From Holophaga sp. (GTDB lineage Bacteria > Acidobacteriota > Holophagae > Holophagales > Holophagaceae): 64,000 nt of DNA. The position numbers and the translations under genes are program-made. Of the stretch, positions 19,053 to 28,900 are shown piece after piece. The notes beneath the pieces were generated by a model. It was not told the origin of the DNA. It was given only the letters and a program-made list of their open reading frames with translations, and did no database searches. The stretch spans positions 58,300 through 122,299 of the forward strand of contig DATGXY010000310.1 in assembly GCA_035298525.1 (NCBI GenBank), written 5' to 3'. Each line of letters starts with the position of its first letter. The stretch's first letter is position 1.

Positions 19053-20471
19053 CTAGACGTCGTAGTACCGGGCCACTTCGTAGGGGGTGGGGCGGTTGTT
19101 GACGGCGTTGAAGTCGGCCATGAGGTGCTTGATCCAGTCCTGGATCTGGACCTCGTCGAAGACGCCGCCGGCCAGGAGGAAGGCGTGGTCCTCGCGGAGG
19201 GCGTCGCAGGCCTCCTTGAGGCTGGCGGGAAGGGGCTTGATGGCCTTCCGCTGCTCCTCGGTCCAGCTGAAGATGTTGGCGTCGAAGGGGCCGAAGCCGT
19301 TGGCCGTGGGGTCGATGCGGTTGATGATGCCGTCGATGCCCGCCATGAGCTGGGCGGCCAGGGCCAGGTAGATGTTGCAGGTGGCGTCGGGGGGACGGAA
19401 CTCGAACCGGGCCGTCTCGGGCTGGTCGGCGTACTTGGGGACCCGGATGGCGGCGCTGCGGTTGCCCAGGGAGAAGAAGGCGTTCACCGGGGCCTCGAAG
19501 CCGGGCACGAGGCGGCGGTAGCTGTTGGTGCTGGGGTTGGTGATGGCCAGGAGGGCCGGGCCGTGCTTGAGGATGCCGCCGATGTACCAGAGGGCCTCCT
19601 GGCTGAGGCAGCCGTAGCCCTTGGGGTCGTAGAAGAGGTTCTTCCCGGCCTTCATCAGCATCTGGTGGAAGTGCATGCCGCTGCCGGCCTCGCCGTAGAG
19701 GGGCTTGGGCATGAAGGTGGCGCTCTGGTTGTTGCGCAGGGCCACGTTCTTGATCACGTACTTGATGATCTGGGTGGCGTCGCCGGCCTTGAGGATGTCG
19801 AAGAGGGGGGTCTCGATCTCGCACTGTCCGGGCCCGCCCACCTCGTGGTGGTGGTACTTGACGGGCACGCCCAGGTTCTCGAGCTCGATGCACATCTCGG
19901 CGCGCAGGTTCGCGAGGGCGTCCTTGGGCGGGATGGCGTGGTAGCCGCCGTGGAGGGGGATCAGGTGCCCGTGGCCGGCCGAGGGGGAGTTCCAGGCGCC
20001 CTCGACGCTGTCGAGGCGGTAGGCGGCCACGTTGACGTCGTTCTCGACGGAGACGTCGTTGAAGACGTAGAACTCGTACTCGGGGCCCCAGATGCTGCCG
20101 TCGGCGATGCCGGTGGAGCGCAGGTAGTCCTCGGCCCGGGTGACGATGTTGCGGGGGTCGAAGGCGAAGGGGCGCTTGGTGTCGGCCTCGAAGGCCGAGC
20201 AGATGAAGCTCAGCGTGGGGAACTGGCAGAACGGGTCCACGAAGGCGGAGCCCAGGTCGGGGAGGAGCACCATGTCGCCGGACTTGACCGACTTCAGGCC
20301 CACGCTGGAGCCGTCGAAGCCGACGCCGTCGCGCATCATCTCCTCGGTGAACTGGGACGCCGGGATCGTGACGTGGTGCCAGTTCCCCCACATGTCGCTG
20401 AACTTCAGGTCGATCATCCGGTACTGGTTTTCCCTGATGAAATTCCTTGCCTCATCGAAGGTCCTGAACAC
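19053..20471 (-). CDS. glnA: glutamine synthetase, type I
   Basis: 472-aa ORF with GSGMHFHQ, NPSTNSYRRLVPGFEAP and a full-length GS-I layout. Confidence 0.95.
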   Translation of the reverse strand: MFRTFDEARNFIRENQYRMIDLKFSDMWGNWHHVTIPASQFTEEMMRDGVGFDGSSVGLKSVKSGDMVLLPDLGSAFVDPFCQFPTLSFICSAFEADTKRPFAFDPRNIVTRAEDYLRSTGIADGSIWGPEYEFYVFNDVSVENDVNVAAYRLDSVEGAWNSPSAGHGHLIPLHGGYHAIPPKDALANLRAEMCIELENLGVPVKYHHHEVGGPGQCEIETPLFDILKAGDATQIIKYVIKNVALRNNQSATFMPKPLYGEAGSGMHFHQMLMKAGKNLFYDPKGYGCLSQEALWYIGGILKHGPALLAITNPSTNSYRRLVPGFEAPVNAFFSLGNRSAAIRVPKYADQPETARFEFRPPDATCNIYLALAAQLMAGIDGIINRIDPTANGFGPFDANIFSWTEEQRKAIKPLPASLKEACDALREDHAFLLAGGVFDEVQIQDWIKHLMADFNAVNNRPTPYEVARYYDV

Positions 20472-20494
20472 GGATGCCTCCCTGTATCTGCTTG

Positions 20495-20989
20495 CTACTT
20501 GACGGTTTCCATCAGACGCTTGCGCGTGTAGGGGATCAGGCCGCCGGCGTCGATGATGGCCTGGCGCGCCTCTGGAAGCCTAACCGTTTCGAAGGTCCTG
20601 CCGGTGGTGACGTTTGTCACCTTTCCGGGCTCGATGGAGAGCTCGTGGCCCTCCTCGGCCTCCACCTCGGGACAGAGGATGACGTCGAGCCCCAGGTTGA
20701 TGGCGTTCTGCAGGAAGATGCGGCTCATGCTGCGGGCCACGATGGTGAGGTCGTAGCCCTTGAGGGCGCTCGCGGCCTGCTCGCGGGAGGAGCCGCAGCC
20801 GAAGTTGTGGTCGGCCACGATGACGGAGCCCTTGGGGAAGGCGCCGGACTTGAGCTTCTCGTTGAGGTCCGTGCGGTTGGCGAAGCAGAACTGCGGGGTC
20901 TCCGTGGGCAGCACGGTGGCCATGTAGCGGCCGGGGTAGATGTCGTCGGTGGAGATGTCGGCTTCGAGCTTGATGATCACTTTGGACAT
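20495..20989 (-). CDS. leuD: LeuD/HacB-type (aconitase-family) dehydratase small subunit
   Basis: Trimmed to MSKVIIKLEADISTDDIYPGRY... (164 aa), preceded by AGGAGGG. It has the GCGSSREQAA motif and starts 10 nt after the leuC-like stop. Confidence 0.85.
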   Translation of the reverse strand: MSKVIIKLEADISTDDIYPGRYMATVLPTETPQFCFANRTDLNEKLKSGAFPKGSVIVADHNFGCGSSREQAASALKGYDLTIVARSMSRIFLQNAINLGLDVILCPEVEAEEGHELSIEPGKVTNVTTGRTFETVRLPEARQAIIDAGGLIPYTRKRLMETVK

Positions 20990-20999
20990 GTTTCCCTCC

Positions 21000-22286
21000 T
21001 CAGGCCTTGCGGGGATCGGTGATGACGCCGGTGATGGCCGAGGCGGCGGCCACCGCCGGGCTGCAGAGGTAGACCTCGGACTTGGGGTTGCCCATGCGGC
21101 CCTTGAAGTTGCGGTTCGTGGTGGAGAGGGCCACCTCGTCGTCGCCCAGGGCGCCTTCATGGACGCCCAGGCAGGGGCCGCATCCGGAGTTCATGACGAC
21201 CGCGCCGGCCCGCATGAATTCGTGGATGTAGCCGCGGTCCAGGGCCTGGCCGAAGATCTTGCCGGAGGCGGGGAAGACCAGCATGCGGGTGCCCTCGGCC
21301 ACCTTCTTGCCCTTCAGGATCTCGGCGGCGATGGCCAAGTCGTCCAGGCGGCCGTTGGTGCAGCTGCCGATGACGATCTGGTGGATGCGCTTGCCGGCCA
21401 CCTCCATGATGGGCTTGACGTTGTCCACGGTGTGAGGGCAGGCGATCTGGGGCGCCAGGGCGGAGACATCGATCTCCACCACCCGCTCGTACACGGCGTC
21501 GGGGTCGGGGGTGACGGGGGTGATGGCGTCGGTGACGCCGGCCTCCTCGCGCAGGTAGCGCATGGTCTCGGCGTCGGCGGGCACGATGCCGCTGGTGGCG
21601 CCGGCCTCGACGCTCATGTTGCACACCGCCAGGCGCCCCGAGGTGGTCATCTTCCGGATGGTCTCGCCGTGGTACTCCAGCACGCGGAAGTTGGCGCCCT
21701 GGGCCGTGAGCACGCCGATGAGGTGGAGGATCAGGTCCTTGGGGCCGACCATGGGGGGGAACTCGCCGGAGACGACCACCTTGATGGTGGGCGGCACCTC
21801 GATGTTCACGGCGTAGCCCAGGGTCCAGGCGGAGGCCATCTCGGTGGCGCCGACGCCGAAGGAGAAGGCGCCCAGGGCCCCGTGGCTGGTGGTATGGCTG
21901 TCGGTGCCCACGACGACGAAGCCCGGGCGCACGTAGCCGTACTCGGGGAGGATCTGGTGGCAGATGCCGCCCACGTCGCCGCGGATGTCGTGGAACTTGG
22001 CGATGCCGTGCTTCTCGACGAAGCCGCGGATCTTCTTCTGGTTGGTGGCGGTCTTGGGGCTCTCGGCCGGCACCCGGTGGTCGAAGATGATGGCGATGCG
22101 GGACGGGTCCCAGGGCTTCGCCTCGATGCCGGTGCCCTCGTGGATGGCCTCGAACTGGTTGATGACCAGCGCGGCGTTCTCGTGGGACATGGCCAGGTCG
22201 ACCTTCGGTTCCAGCACGTCGCCGGCCTTGACCGTCTCGCGTCCCGCCGCCCGGGCGAGGATCTTCTCAACTACCGTCATTCCCAT
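21000..22286 (-). CDS. leuC: LeuC/HacA-type (aconitase-family) dehydratase large subunit
   Basis: 428-aa ORF with GTDSHTTSHGALGAF and the Fe-S ligand motifs GSCTNGR and CGPCLG. Confidence 0.88.
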   Translation of the reverse strand: MGMTVVEKILARAAGRETVKAGDVLEPKVDLAMSHENAALVINQFEAIHEGTGIEAKPWDPSRIAIIFDHRVPAESPKTATNQKKIRGFVEKHGIAKFHDIRGDVGGICHQILPEYGYVRPGFVVVGTDSHTTSHGALGAFSFGVGATEMASAWTLGYAVNIEVPPTIKVVVSGEFPPMVGPKDLILHLIGVLTAQGANFRVLEYHGETIRKMTTSGRLAVCNMSVEAGATSGIVPADAETMRYLREEAGVTDAITPVTPDPDAVYERVVEIDVSALAPQIACPHTVDNVKPIMEVAGKRIHQIVIGSCTNGRLDDLAIAAEILKGKKVAEGTRMLVFPASGKIFGQALDRGYIHEFMRAGAVVMNSGCGPCLGVHEGALGDDEVALSTTNRNFKGRMGNPKSEVYLCSPAVAAASAITGVITDPRKA

Positions 22287-22402
22287 GGTGTCCTCCTTGT
22301 GGGTTCAGGCGCGGTGCCCGGGTCTCCCCGGGCATCGTGCGGGGGAGTCCGAGGGGGGACGGAGAGGGCGCGAAGCGACCGCGCGGTCCCCCCTCGGTCA
22401 TA

Positions 22403-23605
22403 TCAGATGACGCCCTTGGCCTTGAGTTCGGCGCGCCGCGCCTCGTCGAGCCCGAGCCTTCCGTAGATCTCCGCGTTGTGCTGGCCGAGGGTGGGGGGCG
22501 GCGCGGCCACGTCCCCCGTGCACTGGTCGAAGAGGGCGGTGAGGCCGAAGACCTCGATCTCGCCGATGCCCTCCACCTCGGTCTTCTGCAGGACGCCGCG
22601 GTGCCGCACCTGCTCCTGGCGCAGGGCGTCCTTGAGGGAGAGGATGTCGCCGCTGGGCACGTCCTTGGCGTTCAGCTTCTCCACCCACACGGCGGTGACG
22701 TCCTCCTGGAGCTTCGCCTCCAGCAGGGGGGTGAGCTCCTTGCGGTTCTTCTTGCGGGTGTCCCGTTCCTGGAACCGGGGGTCCGCCTTGAGCTCGGGGA
22801 CGCCCAGCACGTCGCAGACGGCCTCCCACTGCTCCTGCTTGTTGGCGGCGATGTTGATGTGGCCGTCCTTCGTGCGGAAGGTCCCGGAGGGGGCGGCGGT
22901 GAAATTGTCGTTGCCCATGACGACGGGATCCTGGCCGCCGATGAGGAGGTTGGCGGCCACCCACCCCATGAGGGGCATGATGGAGTCCAGCAGCGCGATG
23001 TCGATGAACTGGCCCTGGCCGGTGCGCTCCCGGTGGTAGAGGGCGGCCATCAGGGCGAAGGCCGCGTTGAGGCCGCCCACCGTGTCGCACACGGGGAAGC
23101 CGGTGCGCAGGGGATTCAGGCGCTCGTCGCCGTTGACGGCCATCTCGCCCGACAGGCCCTGGATGATCTGGTCGTATGCGGGCTTGAAGGCGTCGGGGCC
23201 GGTCTGGCCGAAGCCGGAGATGGCGCAGTAGATGAGCTTGGGGTTGATGGCCTTGAGGACCTCGTAGCCCAGGCCCAGGCGGTCCATGACGCCGGGGCGG
23301 AAGTTCTCCACCAGGACGTCGGCCTCCTTCACCAGTTCCTTGAAGATCTCCTTGCCCTCGGGGCTCTTGGTGTTGAGGGTGACGGAGCGCTTGTTGGCGT
23401 TCTGGGCCAGGAAGCTGGTGCCCATCAGGGCCTTGTTGTAGGCGGGGACGATGCCCAGCTTGCGGGCGAGGTCGCCGTCCTTGGGGTTCTCCACCTTGAT
23501 GACGTCGGCCCCCAGGAGGGCCAGGTGCAGGGTGGCGAAGGGGCCGGAAAGGACGTTGGTGAGGTCGAGGACCTTGACGCCCTCGAGCATGCGCTGTTTG
23601 GTCAT
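22403..23605 (-). CDS. family III (CaiB/BaiF) CoA-transferase
   Basis: 400-aa ORF; the N-terminus LEGVKVLDLTNVLSGPFATLHLALLGADVIKVE is the family signature. Confidence 0.85.
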   Translation of the reverse strand: MTKQRMLEGVKVLDLTNVLSGPFATLHLALLGADVIKVENPKDGDLARKLGIVPAYNKALMGTSFLAQNANKRSVTLNTKSPEGKEIFKELVKEADVLVENFRPGVMDRLGLGYEVLKAINPKLIYCAISGFGQTGPDAFKPAYDQIIQGLSGEMAVNGDERLNPLRTGFPVCDTVGGLNAAFALMAALYHRERTGQGQFIDIALLDSIMPLMGWVAANLLIGGQDPVVMGNDNFTAAPSGTFRTKDGHINIAANKQEQWEAVCDVLGVPELKADPRFQERDTRKKNRKELTPLLEAKLQEDVTAVWVEKLNAKDVPSGDILSLKDALRQEQVRHRGVLQKTEVEGIGEIEVFGLTALFDQCTGDVAAPPPTLGQHNAEIYGRLGLDEARRAELKAKGVI

Positions 23606-23606
23606 C

Positions 23607-24503
23607 TCAATATCCTAGGGGGCCGGCGCGGTGGACGCGGCCCGTCATGTCGCGGCCGAAGAAGGCGGCCACGTCCTTGGCGATGTCGACGAGGGCGGGG
23701 AGGTCGATGTCGGTGCGCCGCCCGGTGCGGCGGAGGCCGTGGACGAGGTCCTCGGTGGCCACGTTGCCCGCGGCCACCTTGGTGAAGGGGCAGCCCCCGA
23801 GGCCGGCGAAGCTGGTCTCGAAGGTGGTCACCCCGGCGTCCATGGCGGCGTAGACGTTGGCCATGCCCAGGCCGTAGGTGTCGTGGAAGTGCGCGGTGGG
23901 CTGGACAGGACCCAGGGCCAGGATGGCCCCGAAGAGGGCCTTCACCTGGTCGGGGTGGGCGTGGCCGGCGGTGTCGGCGAGGCTCACGTTCAGGAGCCCG
24001 GCGTCCACGTAGGCGCGGACGATGTCCAGCACCCGGTCCCGGTCGATGCGGCCTTCGAAGCCGCAGCCGAAGGCGCTCTGAACGCTCACCTGGACCTTCT
24101 TGCCCGCCTCCTGGGCCGCGCGGCCCATGGCGATGATGCGCTGCTGGGCCTCCAGGCTGCCCATGCCCGTGTTCTTGCGGGAGTGCGTGTCGGAGGCGGA
24201 GACGCCCATGCAGAAGAGCTCCACGCCGACGCCCATGCCCCGCTCCAGGCCCTTCTCGTTCAGGACCAGGCCCGAAAGGAGGGCGCGGGGTCCCGGCGCC
24301 TGGGAGAGGCGCCGGAACAGCTCGTCGGTGTCGGCCATCTGGGGGACCTTCTCCGGGTGGACGAAGGAGCCCACCTGGACGATGTCCAGGCCGGAGGCCA
24401 GGAGCGCGCGGATCCAGCGCTCCTTGACCTCGGTGGGCACCACCTGCCGCTCGACCTGGAGCCCGTCGCGGGGCCCCACTTCGTGGAGGACGATCCCGGC
24501 CAT
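23607..24503 (-). CDS. HMG-CoA lyase family protein (HMGL-like TIM barrel only)
   Basis: The 718-aa track ORF was trimmed to MAGIVLHEVGPRDGLQ... (298 aa). It has motifs FVHPEKVPQMAD, HFHDTYGLGMANV and GLGGCPF...AGNVATEDLV. There is a 1-nt gap to the CoA-transferase start. Confidence 0.85.
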   Translation of the reverse strand: MAGIVLHEVGPRDGLQVERQVVPTEVKERWIRALLASGLDIVQVGSFVHPEKVPQMADTDELFRRLSQAPGPRALLSGLVLNEKGLERGMGVGVELFCMGVSASDTHSRKNTGMGSLEAQQRIIAMGRAAQEAGKKVQVSVQSAFGCGFEGRIDRDRVLDIVRAYVDAGLLNVSLADTAGHAHPDQVKALFGAILALGPVQPTAHFHDTYGLGMANVYAAMDAGVTTFETSFAGLGGCPFTKVAAGNVATEDLVHGLRRTGRRTDIDLPALVDIAKDVAAFFGRDMTGRVHRAGPLGY

Positions 24504-24505
24504 GG

Positions 24506-25621
24506 CTACAGCGCCCTGGCGATGGCTTCGCCCATCTCCAGGGTGGTGGAGGAACCGCCCATGTCGTAGGTGCGGACCTTGCCCTCGGCGATGACGGAGG
24601 CGGTGGCGGCCTCGAGCTTGCGGCCCATCTCGGTCTCGCCCAGCCAGTCCAGCATGAGCTTGGCGGCCAGGATGGTGGCGATGGGGTTGACCTTGTACTG
24701 GCCAGCGTACTTGGGGGCCGAGCCGTGGCTGGGCTCGAACACGGCCAGCTTCTCGCCGATGTTGCCGGAGCAGCCGAAGCCCAGGCCGCCCACGAGCTGG
24801 GCGCTGAGGTCGCTGATGATGTCGCCGAAGAGGTTGGTGGCCACCATGACGCCGTAGCTCATGGGGTTCTTCAGCAGCCACATGCAGATGGCGTCGACGT
24901 TGGCGTCGTCCAGGGAGATGCCGGGGTAGTCCTTGGCGACGCGCTTGGCGGTCTCCAGGAACATGCCCTCGGTGGCGCGGACCACGTTGGCCTTGTGGAT
25001 GCAGGTGACCTTGGGATAGCCGAACTTCTTGGCGTACTCGAAGGCGGCGCGGATGATGCGTTCGCAGCCCTTGCGGGTGTTGATCTTGCAGGTGATGGCG
25101 TAGTCGTCGGGGCCGTTGGCGGCGAAGTGGGCGAAGGGCTTGGAGGCGTTCTTGAGGGCCGTGGAGACGGCCTCGGGCACGGGGCTGAACTCGACGCCGG
25201 CGTAGAGGTCCTCGGTGTTCTCGCGGAAGACCACCAGGTCGATGCCCTCCTTGAAGTTGAGGGGGTTGCCCGGATAGGCCTTGCAGGGGCGCAGGCAGGT
25301 GTAGAGGTCGAACATCTGCCGCATGCGCACGATGGGGCTGCGGTAGACGAGACCCTTGCCCTGCAGCTCGGGGACGAGCTCGAGCTCGGCGTCCTTGGCG
25401 GGCTTGGAGGTGATGGCGCCGAACATGGCGGCGTCGGAGGCGTGCAGGAGGTCGATGGTGCGCTGGGGGAAGGCCTCGCCCTCCTTGCACCAGAATTCCC
25501 AGCCGATGTCCCCGTGGGTGTAGGTGGCGTCGAACTTGAGGGCGTCCAGGCAGATGCGGGTCGCCTCCATCACTTCCACGCCCACGCCGTCTCCAGGCAG
25601 CCAAGCGATCTTGTAGCTCAT
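24506..25621 (-). CDS. isocitrate/isopropylmalate dehydrogenase family protein (ICD-like motifs)
   Basis: Trimmed to MSYKIAWLPGDGVGVEV... (371 aa), preceded by GGAGG. RENTEDLYAGVEF and HGSAPKYAGQYKVNP resemble E. coli Icd (RENSEDIYAGIEW, HGTAPKYAGQDKVNP) more than LeuB (RELTGGIYFG, GSAPDIAG). Confidence 0.85.
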   Translation of the reverse strand: MSYKIAWLPGDGVGVEVMEATRICLDALKFDATYTHGDIGWEFWCKEGEAFPQRTIDLLHASDAAMFGAITSKPAKDAELELVPELQGKGLVYRSPIVRMRQMFDLYTCLRPCKAYPGNPLNFKEGIDLVVFRENTEDLYAGVEFSPVPEAVSTALKNASKPFAHFAANGPDDYAITCKINTRKGCERIIRAAFEYAKKFGYPKVTCIHKANVVRATEGMFLETAKRVAKDYPGISLDDANVDAICMWLLKNPMSYGVMVATNLFGDIISDLSAQLVGGLGFGCSGNIGEKLAVFEPSHGSAPKYAGQYKVNPIATILAAKLMLDWLGETEMGRKLEAATASVIAEGKVRTYDMGGSSTTLEMGEAIARAL

Positions 25622-25904
25622 GGTTCCTCCGTTTATCAGGGGGGTCTTGGGGTGGAACGATGCTATCAAGACCGCCCCGATCCGATTTGAAGGGCTGCTG
25701 TGATGGAAGTCCCAAATGGGCACCTGCCGGCTGGCCGGCAACACCCCGGGCGGGGGCCTTCATGACTATTGCTTGATTTGGCTCGCTTTAGGATCATGCA
25801 TCCAGCCCGGAGAAACACCGGGGCACCGACAAGCAAATCCAGCTTTGCCTTGTCAATCTGTAAAGTTTCTTGGCCATCCCGTTCCCTTTCGGGCCCGTAC
25901 GCGA

Positions 25905-25933
25905 GACAGCCGCCCGCAAGGCGGGCGGCTGTC
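25905..25933 (-). terminator. GC-rich hairpin after the TonB-dependent receptor gene
   Basis: GACAGCCGCCCGC-aag-GCGGGCGGCTGTC is a perfect 13-bp stem 15 nt after the stop. There is no U-tract. Confidence 0.5.
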
Positions 25934-25947
25934 GGGGGTGGATCGCC

Positions 25948-28900
25948 CTAGAACTTGAAGCGGGCGCCCAGCTGGACTTCGCGGGTGTTGCGGTCCTGGA
26001 CGTTCAGGGTGCCGAAGTTGGCGTTGGCGAACTGGGTGTTGCTGGTGGTCCAGTTGGCCCAGTTGAAGACGTTGAAGAGATCGGCCTGGAGCTCGAGGCT
26101 CAGGCGGTTCCCGAAGGGGAAGGCGCGGGTGAAGCGCAGGTCGAAGGTCTTGACGGCGGGCTGGCGGTAGGCGTTGCGGCCGCCGGAGCCCACGGCGTAG
26201 TCGTTGCTGGTGGAGGTGTCGCCGTTGAGATCGGAGGTGGCGTAGCCGGTGTAGGGCTGGCCGGTGGTGACGGTGGCGATGGCGGCGCCCTTGATGCCCC
26301 AGATCACGGGGAAGTAGCCGGCGAAGACGGCGCGGAACTTCACGTCGTTGTCGCTGGGCCCGTAGTTGCTGTGGGGATCGGCGGGGTTGTTGACGGTGGA
26401 GTTGGCGGAGGCGCTGGCGGTGACGCGCTCGTTGGAGTTGTTGTCCCGGGAGCTGGCGAAGGTGACGCTGCTCTGGAAGCCGTAGCCGGTGTCGCTGGTC
26501 TTGCTGGCGGTGATGGAGATGGCCTTGTAGCGGCCCGTGCCCTGGTTCTCGGAGAGCCAGATGTTGCCGAAGCCGCTGAAGTCCAGCAGCCGCCCCCGCA
26601 CGTAGGCCATGCCGGGCCGGCCCGAGCTGGCGAAGGCGTTGTTCTTGGTGGGGTAGCCGTCGCGCCAGTAGCCGTTGGGATCGGGGGTGCCGTCGGCGAG
26701 CTTCTGGCGGAGGTTGATGTTCACGAAGTACTGGAGGTTCTCGAACTCGGCGTAGCTGGCGCGGACCCCCAGGACGAGGCCGTTCTCCAGTTCGTGCTCG
26801 ATGCCCAGGCTGGCGCGCTTGGCCCGGGGCAGCTTGTTCTCGGGATCCCAGACCTGGCCGTCCTTGCTGGCGGAGCCCAGGAGGGTGAGGTTGGCCGCGC
26901 TGAGGGCCGAAAGGCGGGTGCCGCCGTTGGTGACCAGGGCGTTGTAGGAGAGGACGCCGCTGTTGGCCGCGGTGCGCACCGTGGCGTTGGAGGCCGCCAG
27001 GGTGTAGGTGGAGGTGGTGTTCCCATTGCTGTTCATGGTGTTGGACACCGTGAGGCTGGGATTGGGGCTGGAGAAGAAGCCCGCGCCGCCGCGCAGCATG
27101 GTCTTGCCCTTGCCCGTCAGGTCATAGGTGAAGCCGAAGCGGGGATCCAGGGCCCGGGCGCTGTTGGCCTGATCAAGGCCGGCCAACTGGGCGTTGGGAC
27201 GGGGGTTGTCGGGCTGGTTCTCGGAAGTGAACCGCATGCCGAAGGACAGGGTCAGGCGGCGGTTGAGGAGGCCGGAGTAGGCGCCCTGCAGGTAGGCGGC
27301 GTACAGGGAGGAGTCGTAGGAGATGGTGCCGCCGTAGTTGCTGAGGGCCTGGCGGTAGGTGAAGCTGTCGGTGGAGGTCAGGGTGCCCGTGGCCCATCGG
27401 TTGGCCACCGCGTAGTTGCCGAAGGAGAAGGCGCCCATGTTGTAGCGGTAGAAGGTGTTGGCGAAGCTGAACCACTGGAAGTCGATGCCGCCCTTGAGGG
27501 TCCAGTCGCCGTCCGTGTAGGTGACGTTGTCGATGAGCTGCTTGCTGAACTCGTCCAGGCCGTTGGGGAGGAAGTTGTTCTGGCCGGCGTTGAAGCCGTT
27601 GGTGATGGAGATCTCGGGGGAGACGTTGGAGTTGGCGTAGCGGGGCCGGCGCTCGGTGGCGATCTGGAGGCGGGCCTCGTTCACCATCTTGGGGGAGAGG
27701 ATGGCGTTCCACTCGGCCACCCAGGAGAGGCCGTTGTCCTTCTCCAGGCCCTGCTGGGTCTGGCCGGTGATGGGGGCGGAGGAGCTGGTGAAGTCGGTGG
27801 TGCCGTTCTCCGAGTTCCAGTTCTGGACGTTCACGCGGAGGGTGAAGCGGTGGCTGTCGTTGAGGTTGTAGTCGAGGCGGGCGAAGGCGACGGTGTTGCG
27901 CTTGTCGTTGGTGTACTGGTACCCGCTGTCCTGGGCCAGGGTGCGGCCGTCGTTGGACACCTGGATGTTGCCGAACTTGCCCAGGAAGGTGTTGAGGTTG
28001 GCCTGGGAGTTGTTGGAGCTGTCGAGGCCGAAGCTGGGCGTGAACTTCTCGGTGTAGTGGAAGACCTCGAGGCCGGCGAAGAAGAACAGCTTGTCCTTCA
28101 CGATGGGGCCGCCGAAGTTGAAGTTCCAGTCCAGCTGCTCGAAGTCCTTGGTGCGGCTCTTCTCGCTGTTCTGGAGGGCGGTGGCCGCGGGGGCCGGCTT
28201 GATGCGGGCCACCAGGGACTTGGGACGCATCTGGACCAGCAGGCTGCCGGTGAACTCGTTGGAGCCCGTCTTGGACACGGCGTTGATCACGCCGCCGGCC
28301 GCGTTGCCGTACTGGGCGTCGTAGGCGTCGGTGATGATCTGCAGTTCCTTGATGGTGTCGATGCCGAAGGCGAAGGGGATGCGGGTGGAGCCGCGCTGCT
28401 CGCCGAAGAAGTTGGAGTTGTAGCTGGCGCCGTCGATGGTGAGGTTGTTGAAGATGCCGCGGCCGCCCTCCACCGAGAGGCGGTTCTGGTCGGCGGCGGT
28501 GGTGGCGCCGGGGGTGAGGCGGGCCAGGGAGGTGAAGTCGCGGGCCGCGAGGGGCACCGATTCCACCATCTTGCTGTTGATGGCCACGGTGGTGGTCACC
28601 TGCTGGGAATCCAGGGCCGCGGAGGCGGCCACGACGGCGACGGTCGCGCCGGCCTCGGCGCGGTCGAGGGAGAAGTTGGCCAGGGAGGTGGCGCCCAGGC
28701 CCACCCGGGTGGAGGTGTCCTTGAGGGTGCGCATGCCGGGGGCCGACACGACGATCTCGTAGGTGCCCAGGGGCACCAGGGGGAAGATGTACTCGCCGTT
28801 GGCGGCCGTCACCTGGGTGCGGGTCAGATTGGTGGCCACGTTCCGGATGGTGACGGAAGCGCCGGCGAGGCGGCCCCCGTCCTTGGAGGTGACCGTGCCG

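Noticed and set aside
23607-25763. A 718-aa minus-strand ORF that appears to fuse the lyase with upstream sequence.
   Set aside because: Its N-terminal 420 aa read the dehydrogenase gene out of frame and are Arg/Pro/Gly-rich. The lyase begins at the ATG at 24503, three nucleotides after the dehydrogenase stop.
25622-25947. A leucine-type leader peptide or T-box upstream of the dehydrogenase-lyase cluster.
   Set aside because: This less GC-rich 326-nt spacer contains a TTGACA hexamer on the minus strand. It has no convincing -10 partner, no Leu/Ile-rich mini-ORF and no T-box specifier/terminator architecture that I could fold.
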